64,000 nucleotides of DNA. Origin: the human T2T-CHM13v2.0 reference genome, Homo sapiens. Below the pieces are notes generated by a model, which was not told the origin of the DNA, did not search any database, and worked only from the letters and a program-made list of their open reading frames with translations. Location of the stretch: assembly GCF_009914755.1 (NCBI RefSeq), contig NC_060930.1, one strand, 5' to 3'. A program made the translations under genes and the position numbers. Positions 45,251 to 60,879 of this stretch are shown in pieces; position 1 is the stretch's first letter, and each line of letters starts with the position of its first letter.

Positions 45251-48200
45251 TTCCTGAAGTAATTAAATTACACTTAAAATTATGTGCATGAGAACAGGTT
45301 CATTAACCCCAGGGGGTTATCTTTTATAAAGAAAATAATTCAAACAGCAAGAGATACAAAACATACTATTTCCCCCACAATAGAATTTCATTGTGTTATT
45401 TTTTACCATTTATTAATAAGAACAATTAATTCATTAACTAGAAGTTAAAAATAAAATAATACCAATGAAAATTTGCCAATATTGATAAAAACATATCATG
45501 TTTAATTATTTCCCTTATATTAGAAATGTTACTATTATATAATCCAAATATTGGTATTTTTGGTGAATTCTTTACATTAAATATCTACAAGTGAGATTGG
45601 AATTGCTGTATTAAATAGTTTGTTTTATTGATTGCTTTTAATTTACATTTCAAATTGTAATTCATAAAATTCATGCATCCAATTGCAGTGTAGTGCCCAT
45701 TTTGCAATATTGGCCCAGCAAATGATTATATATTTTCAAAGAATACTATTATTTTTACAAAATTGTTTTCTATTATGCCAGTCAAAAATGTAATTGTCTT
45801 TAATAATACTTTCCTTATAAGTGGGGATTAAAATTATTTTACATAATTATTTGTGGTTCTTTCATAAACTTTGGCTAATGTTTTTTGCTATGTTCTGGTT
45901 TTCTACCCCATTATATATTTTGTTGCATTTTTCTTATTATGAAAGTTCATCTCAAAATACAAGCAAAACACACAAAAAGAGAGAACAAACTTCACAATGG
46001 TATATACATCTTCTGTGGAAACTTTGTTTTATGTTTTTAAACATACATATGCACATGCACATACATTAAATTAAATCAATGAATACACACAAATATATTA
46101 ACATTTGCATACAAAGACATATGCTTCTATAACATTATTATTAATAGTTGCATAACATTTTATGGCCTGATTCTAACAGAATTCCTATTTCCTGTTGTAA
46201 AATATGTTCATTTCTTCACTATTTAAAACAAGCACTGCAAACATGGATACTTTTAACTCAATATATGAATATCCATACCATAACAATTTGTCTATAATAA
46301 ATTAGGAGAGTTGCAAATATTGCTCTATCACCTATCTCATCTATCATTGATCAATCTTTCTATTTAATAATTTAGATTAAGAAATAAAATTGTCTTTCAG
46401 AGTGGTTGTACAGATAAATTTATGTGCTTACTAGCAGTTTATGAGACTGGCTTTTTAGACTGGGTATTTTTTTTTCTAACTGTTGTTTTGCCTTTTAAAA
46501 ATAATTTTTTGTTTGTTATTTTTTAATGTTTTATTTTGGTTTATTTTATAATATTTTGTACATTCTTGTTGTATCTTTCTGACTCATTATTGAATAATGT
46601 ATTTTCTATTTACATTTCTTTGATAACACTGAGGTATATTTTTAAATTATTTTTATATATTTTATTAATAGATTTTCATATCCTTTTGCTATTTGCTCTT
46701 ATATTGTAGTTTTCCTTTTTTTGTGTATGTGCACTAGTTTCATAATTGACATAGTAAAATATATGAGTTATATATGCAAAACTTTGGCTCTTCATTTCAT
46801 CTAATAGATATGGCTCCACTTAAAAAATTTCCTTTTGCTTTAATATTATTGCATATTATTTTTAGACAGAAGCAGCAGTTGGGCTGTGATGCAAATTTTA
46901 ATGGCTTTTGGGTTTTTTTGGAGTGAAGTGCATATTCAATTACTTTCCCATTTTTCTTTGCCTATTTCTAATATATACAAATTCCTTTTATATTATAGAT
47001 ATTATTTCTTATCAATAACACATTTTAAAATGTCTTATTTTTACGGTGCTTTTCACACCCTAACGTGTATATTTAGTGAATAGAGGTCTTTGATATGTAT
47101 TTAGTCAAGTGTATCATGTATCTGTAATTTCTTTGTATGGTTAGTATGCTTTTTGTTTTGCTTAAGAGATTCCTTCTTGCAGAAATTTATGAAGATATCA
47201 TCTTCGATTATATTCTGACAGTCTTATTATTGGCTACCACCTATATTTCCTTAATTCACCTGTAATTGATTTTTGTGTATGGTTTGATAAAGGGGACATC
47301 TTTCTTTTTGATATCTATTGTCTCACATCATTTATTCAGTCTTTCCACTTTATTGGCCAGGCTGCCCACAGGACACAAGGTGGGGAGTGATGATGGTAAA
47401 CCAAGAATAGCATGTGGTAACTTTATGAGATGCTAGATGCATCTTCACCTCGGGTGTAGTTACACAAATATATAACTGTAAGACCAATGATGGTATACGC
47501 CTAAAACATATTCATTATACACAATTTACTGCATGTATGTTACACATTGGGATGAAAGACAATATAGAAAGTTAAATTAAGTGACTATATATAAGTGCTT
47601 GCTGGGTTAAGAGACACTGAAGGAGAGATGGAGAAGCCAGAGGGACAAGCAATAGGAAGATACTATCACTACTTAAAGCTTTAAAGAGATAGGGAGAGAG
47701 CAGTTACCAACACCAATGTCAGCTGTAGTGTCAGGCACCAGTGCCCATCAGAAACTGTTCAGGAACACTGCCAAGGCCACTGTGACCCGACAGAAAGTGA
47801 GCTAAGGAAGTAGACACCCAACCTCTAGCTTCCCAGCATGTCACTGCCTACTCATTTTCTGCCTACGCTTTCAACTGGCAGGAGGAGGAACAAAGCCAGA
47901 GGGTGAAGGAGCCTTGTTGATGGAGTGTAGAGACATCAGAATCTCAGGGTGTGGATTAAGGTTGGTTGGTGCCAAACACAAAGCTCAGCTACTGATTGGA
48001 ATGTGCTTTGTCACCTGTCAAGCGGTAATGCTTGTTTATGGAATTTTTATTTTTTTCAAATAAAAATAAAAGATATCAATTATTTTCACTATGACACTCC
48101 CCGTATTTAATATTGATAAAATATTTCAAATTCATATTGACGATTTTAATTTAAAGATAATATAATTAGTTCTCCTATTATTCTATTCCTTTGAAACTGA

Positions 48201-50836
48201 AAGAAAATGAGAAGAATGAAAAAGAACTTCGTCTTCAATTCAATTAGAATGCAGTTTCAATTGCAATCCTTGATGTCTAAGAAAGGAAGCATATATCAGA
48301 CTCATTTATCTGCAGGGGTCTTGGGTGCGAATATCTTCCAAAAAAGGATGCCTAGTGTACAGAGTCCAGTAAGCAATGCATTACTTAGGATGCAAAAGTC
48401 CAGGTCTACAGGGGAATGCTTGGTTCGCTGTAGGAGGAAGGGTCACGGAGACATGAATTCTCAATGCACCATTTTTGCTCTTAGTTTGACAGAGTAAATA
48501 AAGGAGAAAACACTGAGCAGCATCAAATCAGGCCGCCAGCGATCCTCACCACCTGAAGTTACTGTGTAATCACCCCTAACTAGCAAAATATGGAGCTTGA
48601 GGGTGAGCCAGGAGACTTCCTGGGACCTGAATGGAGGCATAGCCTTGGGCAGACACAAAATAGGAAAATGTTCAGAGAATGCTGCTTAAAATCCCGACAG
48701 GCAGCTGAAGTGCTTAGCCAACACATGCTCTACTTAGCCTCCCTTCCTCCCACCCACCCAGTACTCCCCAAAGGATATTTGCCTTAGAGGACCACAGCAT
48801 GTGATAAAAGATGAGCGATGCCTTGAAAGAACTCTTGAATGATAATATGACTACCCAAAATCAAATAGTGGGAAGGAAGACAACATAGCTGAATGACTTT
48901 TTTCAGTTTTAAAGTAGGGAAGTAACACATATTACCAAAAAAGGTAAGTAAACATTATATGTAATGTATAAATATAATAAAAAACAAAAATTCCAACTGT
49001 TGATATTCTAATATTTCATAAGAGAAACACAGCAGAAAAAGTATAAATCACATTGAGAAGATGAAAATACAAAGAAAGCACTAATAATAGGAGGAATAGA
49101 GTAAAATACAATGATAAAACCCAAGTATGTGTAAACCATGAAAATTAGTCTATGAAAATTAAAACAAAGTATTCAAAGTATATAAGAGCAAAATTGACTT
49201 TTATGGTAAGAAGTACCCAAAATATTGTTTTCAGAAATGATTAAAAGTAAAAGGAAACAGAGACATACCAGATGACGAAAACTTGTAAATTTAATAACAA
49301 TGAGTAACATAAAATAATAATACAATAATAAAATAAAACAAAGGAAGTTTTTTGTAAAAATATAAATGACAGATACAGTAACAATGTATGATCTACCATA
49401 GAACATCAGGGTTGAAGCTCATCGTATAGCAAACAGTTTACAAATATAATTGAAATCACAACAAAACTGAATGAAATAAAACAGAAAATGAGAAAAAATA
49501 ATGTGAACTTCTGAGGCTAAATTACTTTTCTCAGTTCAAGACAGAGGAAAAAGTCCAAAATTATGTGATAATACAGAAAACACAAGTAATAAATAAATGA
49601 TACCAATATGAACTCATAAGATATATATAAGTTTATATAAGCTCTAATCCATATATTATGTATGTATATAATCTTTATAGTTGTATATTTTATAATTAAA
49701 AACTACACCTTTTAAAAGTGTCCATAAGATGTACTAAAAAATTTAATCATGTATTAAGTAAAACAAGAAAATAACAATAAAGTCCAAAAATACAAATAAT
49801 ATAAACATACCAATTTTGTAACAAAAAATAAATGATAAAAATATAAGCAGTGTCAAAATGACTGTTAAAAGGAAAATTGATCAAGTATCAGCGAAATTTT
49901 AATTCAAAGCCAATGTTCAAAACATTTTAAAGAAATTAGTCATGTAAAAAGTTAGAATACTTTATAATCATAAATTCTTGAATACTTAAAATAGAGATTT
50001 TAAAAGAATTAGATATTCACTTCAAACAATTGGAAAAACTATAAGATGTCCATCAAATAAAGAAAAAATACTAAATAATGTTAGAAAAAAAGACAAATTG
50101 ATTAAAAACTGGATGTTTTTCATCACTACTAAAAAAGCAAATGCAATTTCTGCTTCTCTGGAGAACAGTAATTCTTAAGAGAAGGTTTTAGCCATAATAA
50201 TAAAAAACATAAGGGGAGTATGATTTTATAAAGTTGTAACTTAGAATGGACAAATAATTACAGATTCAGAGGAAATTCAAATATAGAAACTAAATATGTT
50301 GATTTTTTTTGAAATATATTTAAGACGCTGGAGAGATGAAAACTTTTCTAGAAAAATACAGCCTAACAAAAGTAACTGCCTGTTGGGTGGGAAGTCTAAC
50401 ATGATCAATGACCACATGAGAAATTTAGAAGATGTCAAAGAACAGCCAACCAACCAGGGCTATTTAGTTTCACAAGTGAATTCTATCAAAACTTCAAGGA
50501 ACATTTAACCACTAGGCTCCTTCTATGTAGCAAATATACTACTTCCATAAAAATCCTGAAAAAGATAACAAAGAAGGAATCTGCAGACCATTAAAGACGT
50601 AAATCACTGAGACTGAATTTCTCCCAGGAGTGCAAGAATGATTCAGTCTATTTGAGAATCTAGTAAAAATTTGATTATCAATGTGTCCAAAGATAGGAGG
50701 AAAACTATGATTTCTTTGCAATATAAAAATTCTTAATACAAATGTGACTTTCTTAATATATTTCTCAACCTTATATTTAAAGGAGCAACACTTAAGAAAT
50801 ATCATTTTACATAAAAAACAATTTCAGGATACCCAC

Positions 50837-51204
50837 TGTATTAGTCCCTTCTCACACTGCTATAAAGAACAGCCTGAGACTGGGTAATTCACAAAGAAAA
50901 GAGGTTTAATTGACTCACAGTTCTGCATGGGTGGGGAAGCCTCAGGAAACTTACAATCATGACAGAAGGGGAAGCAGTCACATCTCACATTGTAGCAGGT
51001 GAGAGAGTGTTTGTAGAAAGCAAAGGGGAAAAGAGCCCCTTATAAAACCATCAGATCTCCTGAGAACTCACTTACTATCAAGAGAAAAGCATGGGGGAAA
51101 CTGCCCCCATGATCCAGTCACCTCCCACCAGGAGATTGGATCAACACCTGGGGATTATAATTCAAGATCAGATTTGGATGGGGACACACAGCCTAACCAT
51201 ATCA
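50837..51204 (-). mobile_element. THE1/MST solo LTR
   Basis: tgtattagtcc...gcctaaccatatca; flanks cccac and gtcac (degenerate 5-bp TSD). Confidence 0.88.
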
Positions 51205-51997
51205 GTCACTAATGCTAATTTGATTCATCATAGTTCTAAAAGTTATTATCAGTGAGATTTTACAAGTAACAGTAATGAAGTGAAATATAAGGAAAAAGCC
51301 AAATCATCATTGTTTGCATATGATAGAAAAGCTGAATGATAAAAGCTAAGAAAACCTACTTGTCATATAGGATAAATTAAACAAATACACTGATTAAAAT
51401 CAGTATACAAAACCCAACAAGTTTTATATACACACAACAACTTAAATTATATTTAAGGAAACACTTGATGTGCAATAAAGATAAATGTAAGGTACTTAGA
51501 AATAAACGAAACAAAGTCTATCGATGTGCATAAAATAAAACGAGTAAATATAAAATATGCCTCTGTTTGAATATTACAAAATTATTTACATGCTGTAAAT
51601 GATAATAATGAAAATCATTTATTCTATAATTATTTTTAGATTAAATGCTATTATTTAAAATTGTCTTTTTTTTAAGTTGGTCAGGTTGATTTTAAGAGGC
51701 AATGACATTAATAAGTGATATTAATAAAGTGCTACTACTATAATAAGCATGAAACAATTACTGAGAAATTCCTGGCAGATGAGAGGAGCAGGCAAGAATA
51801 TAATCTATAAGATACTAGAGATACTAATGGACAGTATTTTTAAAAATTTGGACTAGTTTTTGAATATATAAATAGTTTAATGAAATGGACTAGATATTTC
51901 GTAAACAAAACTAGATGCATATAGGAATCTTAAAAAATGATGTCAGTATTTCAAAGCAGTGGGATAAGGTGGATTGTTAAAAATTAATGATATAAGT

Positions 51998-52177
51998 AGA
52001 TGTGGCTACATAATTTGTGAAGCCAAGTGAAAAATGAATCATGGGGCTTCTTTTTCAAAAATTATTAAGAATTTCAAGATGGAAAGACAGAAATAGCAGT
52101 GTTAAAACAAGCATGGGTCTTTTTTAGTGTGGGGCTCTATTTGACTGCACAGGTTGTACATCTATGAGTAGGCCCTG
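51998..52177 (-). mobile_element. MER91A-like hAT-Tip100 MITE
   Basis: ggctacataatttgtg...caaaaattattaagaatttcaagatgg...gactgcacaggttg...ggccctg. Confidence 0.75.
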
Positions 52178-54536
52178 ATCAATCCAAAATAACTTCCAGA
52201 TAAATCAATATTCTGATCATTAAAAATAAAGCTGCCAAAGTTCTCAAAGAAAAAAATGATATGTTGCATGTACAATCTTGTAGAAGAAATTAACCAATAT
52301 CAAAACCAATCAACTCTAGAGGAAATGATAATTACACTTGTATAGACAAAAATTATTTAATTTTGTACAGGAAAACATAGCACATTGTTTTTAAAAATAA
52401 TGAACCAGGACAAAAATTTCCAACAGTTATAGCAAGAAAATTTCATTATAAGAAACCGTTACCAATCAATATAATGAAAGCAAATTTCGTAGCAAAGTAG
52501 GCAAAGGATGTGAACAGACTATCTCCTGATACAGAAACGCACTTAAAAACATTTCAAAGGTATGCTCAGTCTCACTTTATAATTAAATAAATAAAAACAT
52601 AACAGTGGAGAACTTTTAAAACAACTAGATTATCAAGGATCAAGCAATTAAACATCATGCAGCTTTATCTTAGTTAGGTGTAGGAAGTCTTTCAAAAATG
52701 TTTCAACAATCAATATATCCAGTAGATTATATACTTACCATACTTACCAAAATTTAAAATGCACACACTATTCCACTCTGCAATTCTACTTTTATGTGTG
52801 TAGGCAACTTAAACACTTGCATGTGTAAAGAAAGATGTATTATACCATGTTTACTGTAACAGCGAACAATTGGAAACTGTTTATAAAGCTATCATTGACA
52901 CATACCTTAATTGAACTGTGATATATTTGTGATACAACACTCTCCAAATATTTAAAAAAATGTATTAATAGTTGTTAGTATGAGAAGACCTACAACATAT
53001 ATTCCTCAATGGAAAAACAAGCTACTTAAAGTTGCGTGTAGCATGCATTATCTTGTAAACCTTATATATGGTATATAGGGAGAACATGAGTGTAAAAATT
53101 AAGTATAGAAATTAATATGTATCTATATTTTCTGAAAGGATTCAAAAACCTTAAAATAGGTTGCTTGTAATTATGGAAGACAGTTACTTTTTAATACACA
53201 AATTACATGCATTTTTTGTCATGTGTATATTTGTTACTATTTGAATACATAAATATTATTGAATATATATACGCGCATGTATGTGTATTTAATTGAGTGG
53301 CTTATTTTACACTAAACTCTATTAAAGGATCTAGGAAAGTGTTTAGTAATTTTGCACCTGCTAGAAGTATTAGTACAATCTTTCTATATCAGCAGTAATC
53401 TCCACAGCCACTTTGGGAGGTAGTCGCTAGCATGACTTTAGATAAGACATGTGAGGCTACAAAAGTAGGCTCTGGACTCAAATGCTTGTTTCATTGGATC
53501 CAGAGGAGACATAATTTTAATTTATACATTTGCATCTTATGGCATGAAGCATTTAAGTGTAGACTTCCTTTACCTCTATCCATCTGATGAGTGTAATTTC
53601 CTTAGATGTTTTTTTACATCAAGATAAAAATAAGAGTTTTCAATTCTTTTTCTTAGGCATTTGAACCATAATGTGGCTGAAAGGTTGTATATGTTTTGAT
53701 AGAAAAGTATCCTTAAAATTAAGAGGACTGTAACAAGTGGAAGAAATAAGGAAGTGACAGAAAAATTCTATATCAGGCAAAAAACAAAAATCACAACAGT
53801 TATTTTTAGCAGAGATAATTTAAACAAGATAGTGTTAGTTTCGTGTAGGATGTTAGCCATGCAATAGGACAAGAAGCAAACATGAAGCTATTATAGAGGT
53901 TGCATCTGCAGAGAGCAGCTCCCATCTCCGGTGCTGGGAAACAAAGGAAAGCTGGATTATTTAAAACTGAGAAGCTTAGAGGAGTGGCCCCATAGACCTG
54001 AAACTCAGATCTCTGGAAGAGGTGTTGCTTGATTGGTGGTGGCATTTCTGAGCCCCAAAGAGGTTCTCCATGGAGTTGAGACCTGTCAGGAGAAGAGCCT
54101 CAGCCTCAATACTGGTGTCTCAGAGGGTGCAATGAGGCTGATTCAGCAAGCCTTGGAAAAGTGCCTGCTGGGTTTAATGCTGCTAAGAAAAGGAAGTGCT
54201 GGGTGAGAAGGCATGGCTGAGATGAAGACGCCCCAGGACGGAAGCAAATTGGAGAAAAAGCATTCCTTTTTTTCATCTCATAACCTTGCAGGCATCTTTT
54301 GGCAGAGATACAGTTTGCTGAGCATGATGAATATAACATAAAAAGGTATGTCTAGATCTCAAAAACTTAATAACTGGCAGAGACCCAGATGGGAGAGCTT
54401 GAAAATGTTTCAAAGATATTTGCCAGTTTTCCAATTTGCCCAAAGTTAACCTCACTGGGCAATCTATGGCAGGAAGGAGAGCAGAAACAATAAGGACCCT
54501 ATCTCATCACCAACCTTCCTTTTGTCCTTTTGTTTA

Positions 54537-54540
<4 letters not shown>

Positions 54541-54588
<48 letters not shown>
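54541..54588. repeat. (TA)n microsatellite at an Alu tail
   Basis: Perfect TA run. Confidence 0.95.
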
Positions 54589-54591
<3 letters not shown>

Positions 54592-54885
54592 CAGAATCTC
54601 ACTCTGTTTTCAGGCTGCAATTCGGTGGTGTAATTATGGTTCACTGCAGCCTCAATCTTTTGGGTTGAAGTGATCCTCCCACCTCAACCTCCCAAGTAGC
54701 TGGGACTACAGGTGTGCATCACCATGTCTGGATTTTTTAATTTTTTTAACTTTTATTTTTTTTTTTGTAGAGACGGGTCTCACACTTGCCCAAGCTGGTC
54801 TCAAACTCCTGGCCTTGAGTGATCCTCCTGCCTCGACCTCTCAAAGTGCTGACGTCACAGGCCATAAGTCTCAGCGCTCAGCCCC
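54589..54885 (-). mobile_element. AluJ
   Basis: AluJ-type cactgcagcctc...gatcctcccacctc. Confidence 0.88.
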
Positions 54886-55290
54886 AACCTTTCTTAACAA
54901 TGTGTACTAGGATAAGACAACAAAATGTTTCTTACATGATGCCATGTACACCAATTAAAGTATTTAGATTGAAATTATTGAATTAAAGGAGCATTTCCTT
55001 TTCATCAATGAATTCCTTCAATCATTTGACAAATACTTGTTGGGTACATCTTATGTTCTAGGCTTCTGATTAAAAAACAGAGCTACACTAGTGAGGAAAA
55101 ACAGGCATAATTCCTGTCATCATGAAGCTTAAACTCTAATGCCAGTGCCTGGCAATAATGCAGGCTAGAAAAGGAGATCAGACTTCCACTGAAAATAATT
55201 ATACATTTTGTATTAAAAGTTAAAAGAAACTTATATGTATGATTAGGCTGGCAAGAAAGTAAGAAATATTTAGCCTAAAAACTAAGTGGA

Positions 55291-55610
<320 letters not shown>

Positions 55611-55937
55611 AGCTAAGTGGAAATAGAAACCAAAGATGTAAACAGCGCAGTGAAGCACCTTTTATCTTTGTGGCACTTAACTAAATCAAGCCTGGATCTC
55701 AAAGTTTTTCCAGCCTTTTGAGACCCAGAGGATAGTAGACAAAGTTTAGCAATTACCCAGGTAGGAGAATCTAACAGGGTCACCTCTTCTTTTCCAGCTG
55801 GGATCCTAGAATGCCCCAAATCTTCCTAATCCCTCTTAGCTCAGTGTCAAACTGAAGCTGAAATAAACCTGTCCATATGTCCTAAGAGCTTCACGGAAAA
55901 TTCCTTGTATCTAACTTTAGAATTAACTTTAGAATTT

Positions 55938-56208
55938 AGGCTGGATCTGTTGGCTCATGCTTATGATCCCAGTACTTTGGAAGGCCGAGTAAAACAGTGA
56001 GACCTCTGTCTCTACAAAAAGTTAAAAAAAAAAAAAAAAGCTGGGCATAGTGGCTGGCAACTATAGTCCTAGCTATGCAGGAGGCTGAGGTGGAAGGATT
56101 GACTGAGCCCAAGAGCTAGAGGTTGCAGTATCCATGATGGCACCATTGCACTCCAGCCTGGACAACAAAGCAATCTGCTGTCTCAAAAAAAAAAAAAAAA
56201 AAAAAAAA
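55938..56208 (+). mobile_element. AluJ with internal deletion of the left arm
   Basis: ggaaggccgag joined to aacagtgagacc; ttgactgagcccaagag; poly-A tail. Confidence 0.85.
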
Positions 56209-58675
56209 TACTAGCTGATGCTAGTGGGATGAAATTCCTCATGAAATTCACAAGCTAGCCCTCAAGAGCTTTGTAGCTTGACATTCTTCGAGAGCATTCT
56301 TTTAGTTTAAACGTTTGTCAGAATTATACTGCTACTCATAACCTGGCAGAAGATATTGCAGATATTATATGAAGGAACTCACTTCTTTTTCAGGTCTTAA
56401 GAATTTTCTACAAATACGGATGTTGACAACTGGAGCATTTGAAATTTAAAAATTACTAAAAACACAAAGAAACTGGGCGCATTTGGAAGCAGTAATAGGA
56501 ATAAAAAACAATACAGACAAACACACAAACGCTAAATATGTTGGTGTATAAAATGAACAATATGAAATATCTATGCTTAATGTATTTTAAGGAAACAAAA
56601 TGCAATCTTGAAAACAAGAGTGTCAAATGAACTATAAAAAATTATCAGTGAGATTATTTTAAAGTACCAAACAAAACTTCTAAAAAAGGCAAACTCAGCA
56701 GTGGGAATTTTAAAGTGGATTTTAATTTAAATTAGACTTCACTGAAGAAAAAAATTAATAACATCAAATTTAGATCTAATGTAAGAGAAAGTTCAAGAGC
56801 CAAAAAGCAAAGAAGTCAAACATCCATCTCAGTGGAGTAACAGAAAGGGAAAAGATAGAGAACGAGGCAGAGAAGCACTTGAAAAGATGATGTCTGAGAA
56901 TATTCCAGAACTGGTGAAATTCCCTAGCTACGACTGACAGTGCCAAAATAATTCAAATTAGAATGAATAAAATGCCATACACACCAAAACATATCACCCT
57001 GAAATGTAGGAAAGGTGACAACTTTTAGAGCACCCTGAGGAAAAAGATCAATCACAAACCAAGTGTGAACAAATTTAAACCATATTGTAATTAAAAGAAA
57101 AAAACAACAACTGTAAGAAGAAAAAACCTCATGGAGTTAATAATTAAATGACATATTTTAAATATATATGAAATATAGCATATGATCCAAGAGGGGATGA
57201 ATAGGGACAATTGGTTCCAAATTGGTCCTGGTTGGAGTAGGATGATGACATTGATTGATGTTATACTTGTAATCACCAGAGAAATGGAAGTAAAAAGTAT
57301 AAATTGAAAATTAGTATATTAGAATTTTACAAAAAATAAAATTATAAATTCAAATGGTAGAAAGATATTCTAAAAGATAGACAACCAAAACACTTGCAGG
57401 GCAAATAGAAAGCACAAAAGAAGATAGTTGAAATAAACTCAAATAAATCATGAATTACAATATATGTAAATGAACTTGATGAAATTAAAAGATAAAGCTT
57501 GTTATTAAACTATTTAATAATAGTTCATCTTTATATAGTTTACAAGACCTACACCTGAAATATAATCGTATCAAAGGTTGAAACAAAAGGGATATGAAAA
57601 TTTTTCACCAAAAATATCCCAATTAATACAAAGCTGTTATTGCTCTTTAATACTGGATAAAATAGAGTGTAAGGGAAAAAATTGCTAGATATTTCATAAT
57701 GATGCATTTTAGTGTACTTGGAACATGTAATAATAACAAATATTAAAATATATGAATACAATTAATACTTATAACGGTAGCATGCATTTAATAACACATC
57801 CTAGAAATGTATGGCAAAATTTGACAGAACTCTTAGAAATAGACACATTAATAATCACAGAGGGAGAGTTTAATAGACCTCCTTCACTAATAGATAAAGC
57901 AGGTGAATATCAGTAATGGTATAGAATATTTAAATATTATGGTAAGAAACATAATCATAAATACATATATAACTGAACCTCACAACTGCATAGTGAACAT
58001 TTTAATCAATTATAAATGGTCCATTTATATAAAGTTGCTAATGTTTTGGATTATTAAGCAAGTCTCAACTAATTTCAAAGGATTAGCATTATGTAGATCA
58101 CATCTCTTTTCTCTCTATATTTGAGAAATTTACATACATTTTGAAACTAAGAAAAACACTTCTAAATAACTCAAAAATTACAGGAGAAATTATAATAAAA
58201 ATCAGAAAAATCTAGAACTGGACATCAGTGAAAATACTTAACAGTGGGTAGTTAAAATGTTTATTTATCAGCAAAATTATATCTTTAAGTGCTATACTAG
58301 AAAATGGTAAAATGTAATAAGCTAAGCCTCAAACATAAGGAAATTATTTAGAAAGAAAAAAATGCTAACAATGAGGGAAGGGAGTGAAATGAGAGCAAAT
58401 AAAATAAAAGAATCAAACAACAAAAGGAACCACAGATACAAATGCTCTTTCTTGTCAAGATAAATAGACTAAGATAAATAGTCATGACTGATCAAGCAAA
58501 AAGAAAAGGCAATAGGATACAAATAAACAACATTAGGAATCTGAAAATATTGCAAACACAAATGTAAAATAAATAGGATAAATAAAACACTAATTTAATA
58601 AAAACACATAATTACAAGAATGTATAAATATGTATGATATATTTAATACATATAGGTTATATTCTAAAAGTATAC

Positions 58676-59207
58676 TGTGATAGTAGGGAGTATGTGACCA
58701 CCAAATATCTTTATACCCTAATCCCTGAAGCCTGTGAATATGTTACCATATATTGCTAAAAAGGATCTTAGATGAAATAAAAATAGGGAGATTACTTCAG
58801 GTTATCCAGAATGGACCCAATATAATCATTTGGGTCCTTAAAAGTGGAAGAGGAGGGCAGAAGAGTATGTCAGAGAGACTTGCTGATGGAACAAGAGGTG
58901 GGAGAAGTTTGAATTATAAAGGGGAGACTGATCCACCACTGCTGGATTAGAAGATGAAGGAAGGGGGCATGAACATGGAAGCTTAGTCCTAAAACTGCAA
59001 AGAACTAAATTTTGCAGACAATCTGAGTGTTCCAGGAAATTGATTCTCCCCTAGAGTCTCCAGAGACGAACTCAGCCCTGCTGACAACTTGATGTTAGCC
59101 TGGTGAGGCACATGGGACTTCCAACCCACAGGACTTAAAAATAATGTGTTTGTGCTGTTATAAAATGCTAAGTTTGTGATGATTTGTTATGGCAGTAAGA
59201 GAAAACT
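58676..59207 (+). mobile_element. MLT1D-like MaLR LTR
   Basis: cctaatccctgaagcctgtgaatatgttacc...gattctcccctagagtctccag...tttgttatggcagtaagagaaaact. Confidence 0.8.
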
Positions 59208-59560
59208 TTGTATATGTGTGTGTGTGTGTGTGTGTATGTGTATATATATATAAACTTTATATGTATATATATTTATATTTATAAATATAATACTTAGAAA
59301 ACTTTGTGTGTGTGTATATAAACTTTATATTTATATGTATATAAACTTTATATGTATGTATGTGTGTGTGTATGTATGTGTGTATACACACACATACATA
59401 CAAAGTTTATATATATACACACACACACACAAAGTTTTCTCTTACTGCCATATGTGTGTGTATATATATACACACATACATACATACAAAGTTTATATAT
59501 ATAAAGTTATATATACATACACACATACATATTCAAAATGTACACATTATATATGTATAA
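59208..59560. repeat. (TG)n/(TA)n/(CA)n compound microsatellite with inverted symmetry
   Basis: Visible directly; see finding. Confidence 0.9.
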
Positions 59561-60879
59561 TAAAATATCCATCAAATTACTTTATGAAACCATACACTAT
59601 CATAGCTGAACATAACTGAAATTCACATGCATGACAAGAAGAATGCAATAATAGAAAATTACATGATAAACACATTTGAAAGCTTAGTTATGAAAATACT
59701 GAATAAAATGGTAAAAAAGCTCATTCCACCAACACATAAAAAGACAATTCATCATACATAAATTAGGTTTATCCCAGAAATAAAAGTCGGTATAATTTTG
59801 AAAATCTATTCACTTAATATACTACATTTATAGATAAAAGAGAATATCCTCTTAATATAGGCAGTAAATAAATTGAACAAATTCAACATCTATTTGCAAT
59901 AAAACCTCTCATCAAACTAGAAATAGAAGGGCAATTTCTTAATCTTATGAAAGATATGTACTAAAAACAACCAAGAGAAACATTAAGAAGTATCTGTAAC
60001 AACCTATTAAGAATATTTTTAATAGTACAAACAACACTAAGGTGCCTATACCACCATTTCTTTTGATCATTAACCTGTATATTCTCACCAGTGCAATAAG
60101 TCAATGGGGCAGGCAAAGTATAAGGAATAGAAAGGAGACAACAACTTCTGATAGTGTCTTTTGTTTTCATGGCGTTGCAAATGTTTTCTCCCTGTCTCTC
60201 ACTTGTCTTCATTTCCTAAATAGTGTCTTTTGAAGTGCAAAAATTTTAAATCTTAATGAAGTCCAATTTGTCTTCTTTTAATTCTTTTATGGATCTTTCT
60301 TTTGGTGCTATATCTAAGTCTTGACCAATGCACGACATAACAATTTTTCCACAGAAATGTTTGCTCTAATTTTTACTTCTCTAGTTGATACTATTATTTT
60401 CCCCATTTTACAAATGTGGCTTAGAGATGTAAGTGATAACCAGAAATCACATGGTGAGTAATTCGGGCATTCAGGCACTAGCCCCTCCGCTTTTCAACAC
60501 CGGGCAACACTGCTTTGTTCATACTGTATATCTGCTCTACACACACATATATATATGACATTTTCGAGATTTAAAAAATGGCAGTAATCACGCAGATGTG
60601 CAGTTTAGAAATCCACATACTAGGCAACCATCTCTACTCTTCATGCACTCTTCATGAATATGGAAATAGAGCTAGTTTAAACATCTTTTAAAATCCTGAC
60701 TTTGCACTGAATATTTACTGCTGCTTTGATGCAAAACGAACACTCCCCTCTCAGTTGTCTGGTGTCTGTTTAAATTCCTGCCTCATCTCTAGGTCAGTAG
60801 ACCCCTGACTCCACTTTCAATAGCATTCATACCCATTTCAGAGGCAGGAAATGCTGCTCGCAGGTGTGTGATTCTCCCT

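Larger units (their letters stand above)
48900..53260 (+). mobile_element. Very old L1M/L1ME tract
   Basis: A-rich; residual ORF2 phrases (tttcacaagtgaattctatcaaaacttcaagg, cattgtttgcatatgat). Confidence 0.6.
56450..60130 (+). mobile_element. Very old L1M (ORF1/ORF2) tract interrupted by MLT1D and a microsatellite
   Basis: gagaatattccagaactggtgaaa (ORF1-like), aacaaattcaacatctatttg and aaactagaaatagaagggcaatttcttaat (ORF2-like). Confidence 0.6.

Noticed and set aside
59308-59619. ORFs rich in Y/I/T/H/V/C
   Set aside because: Translation of a microsatellite
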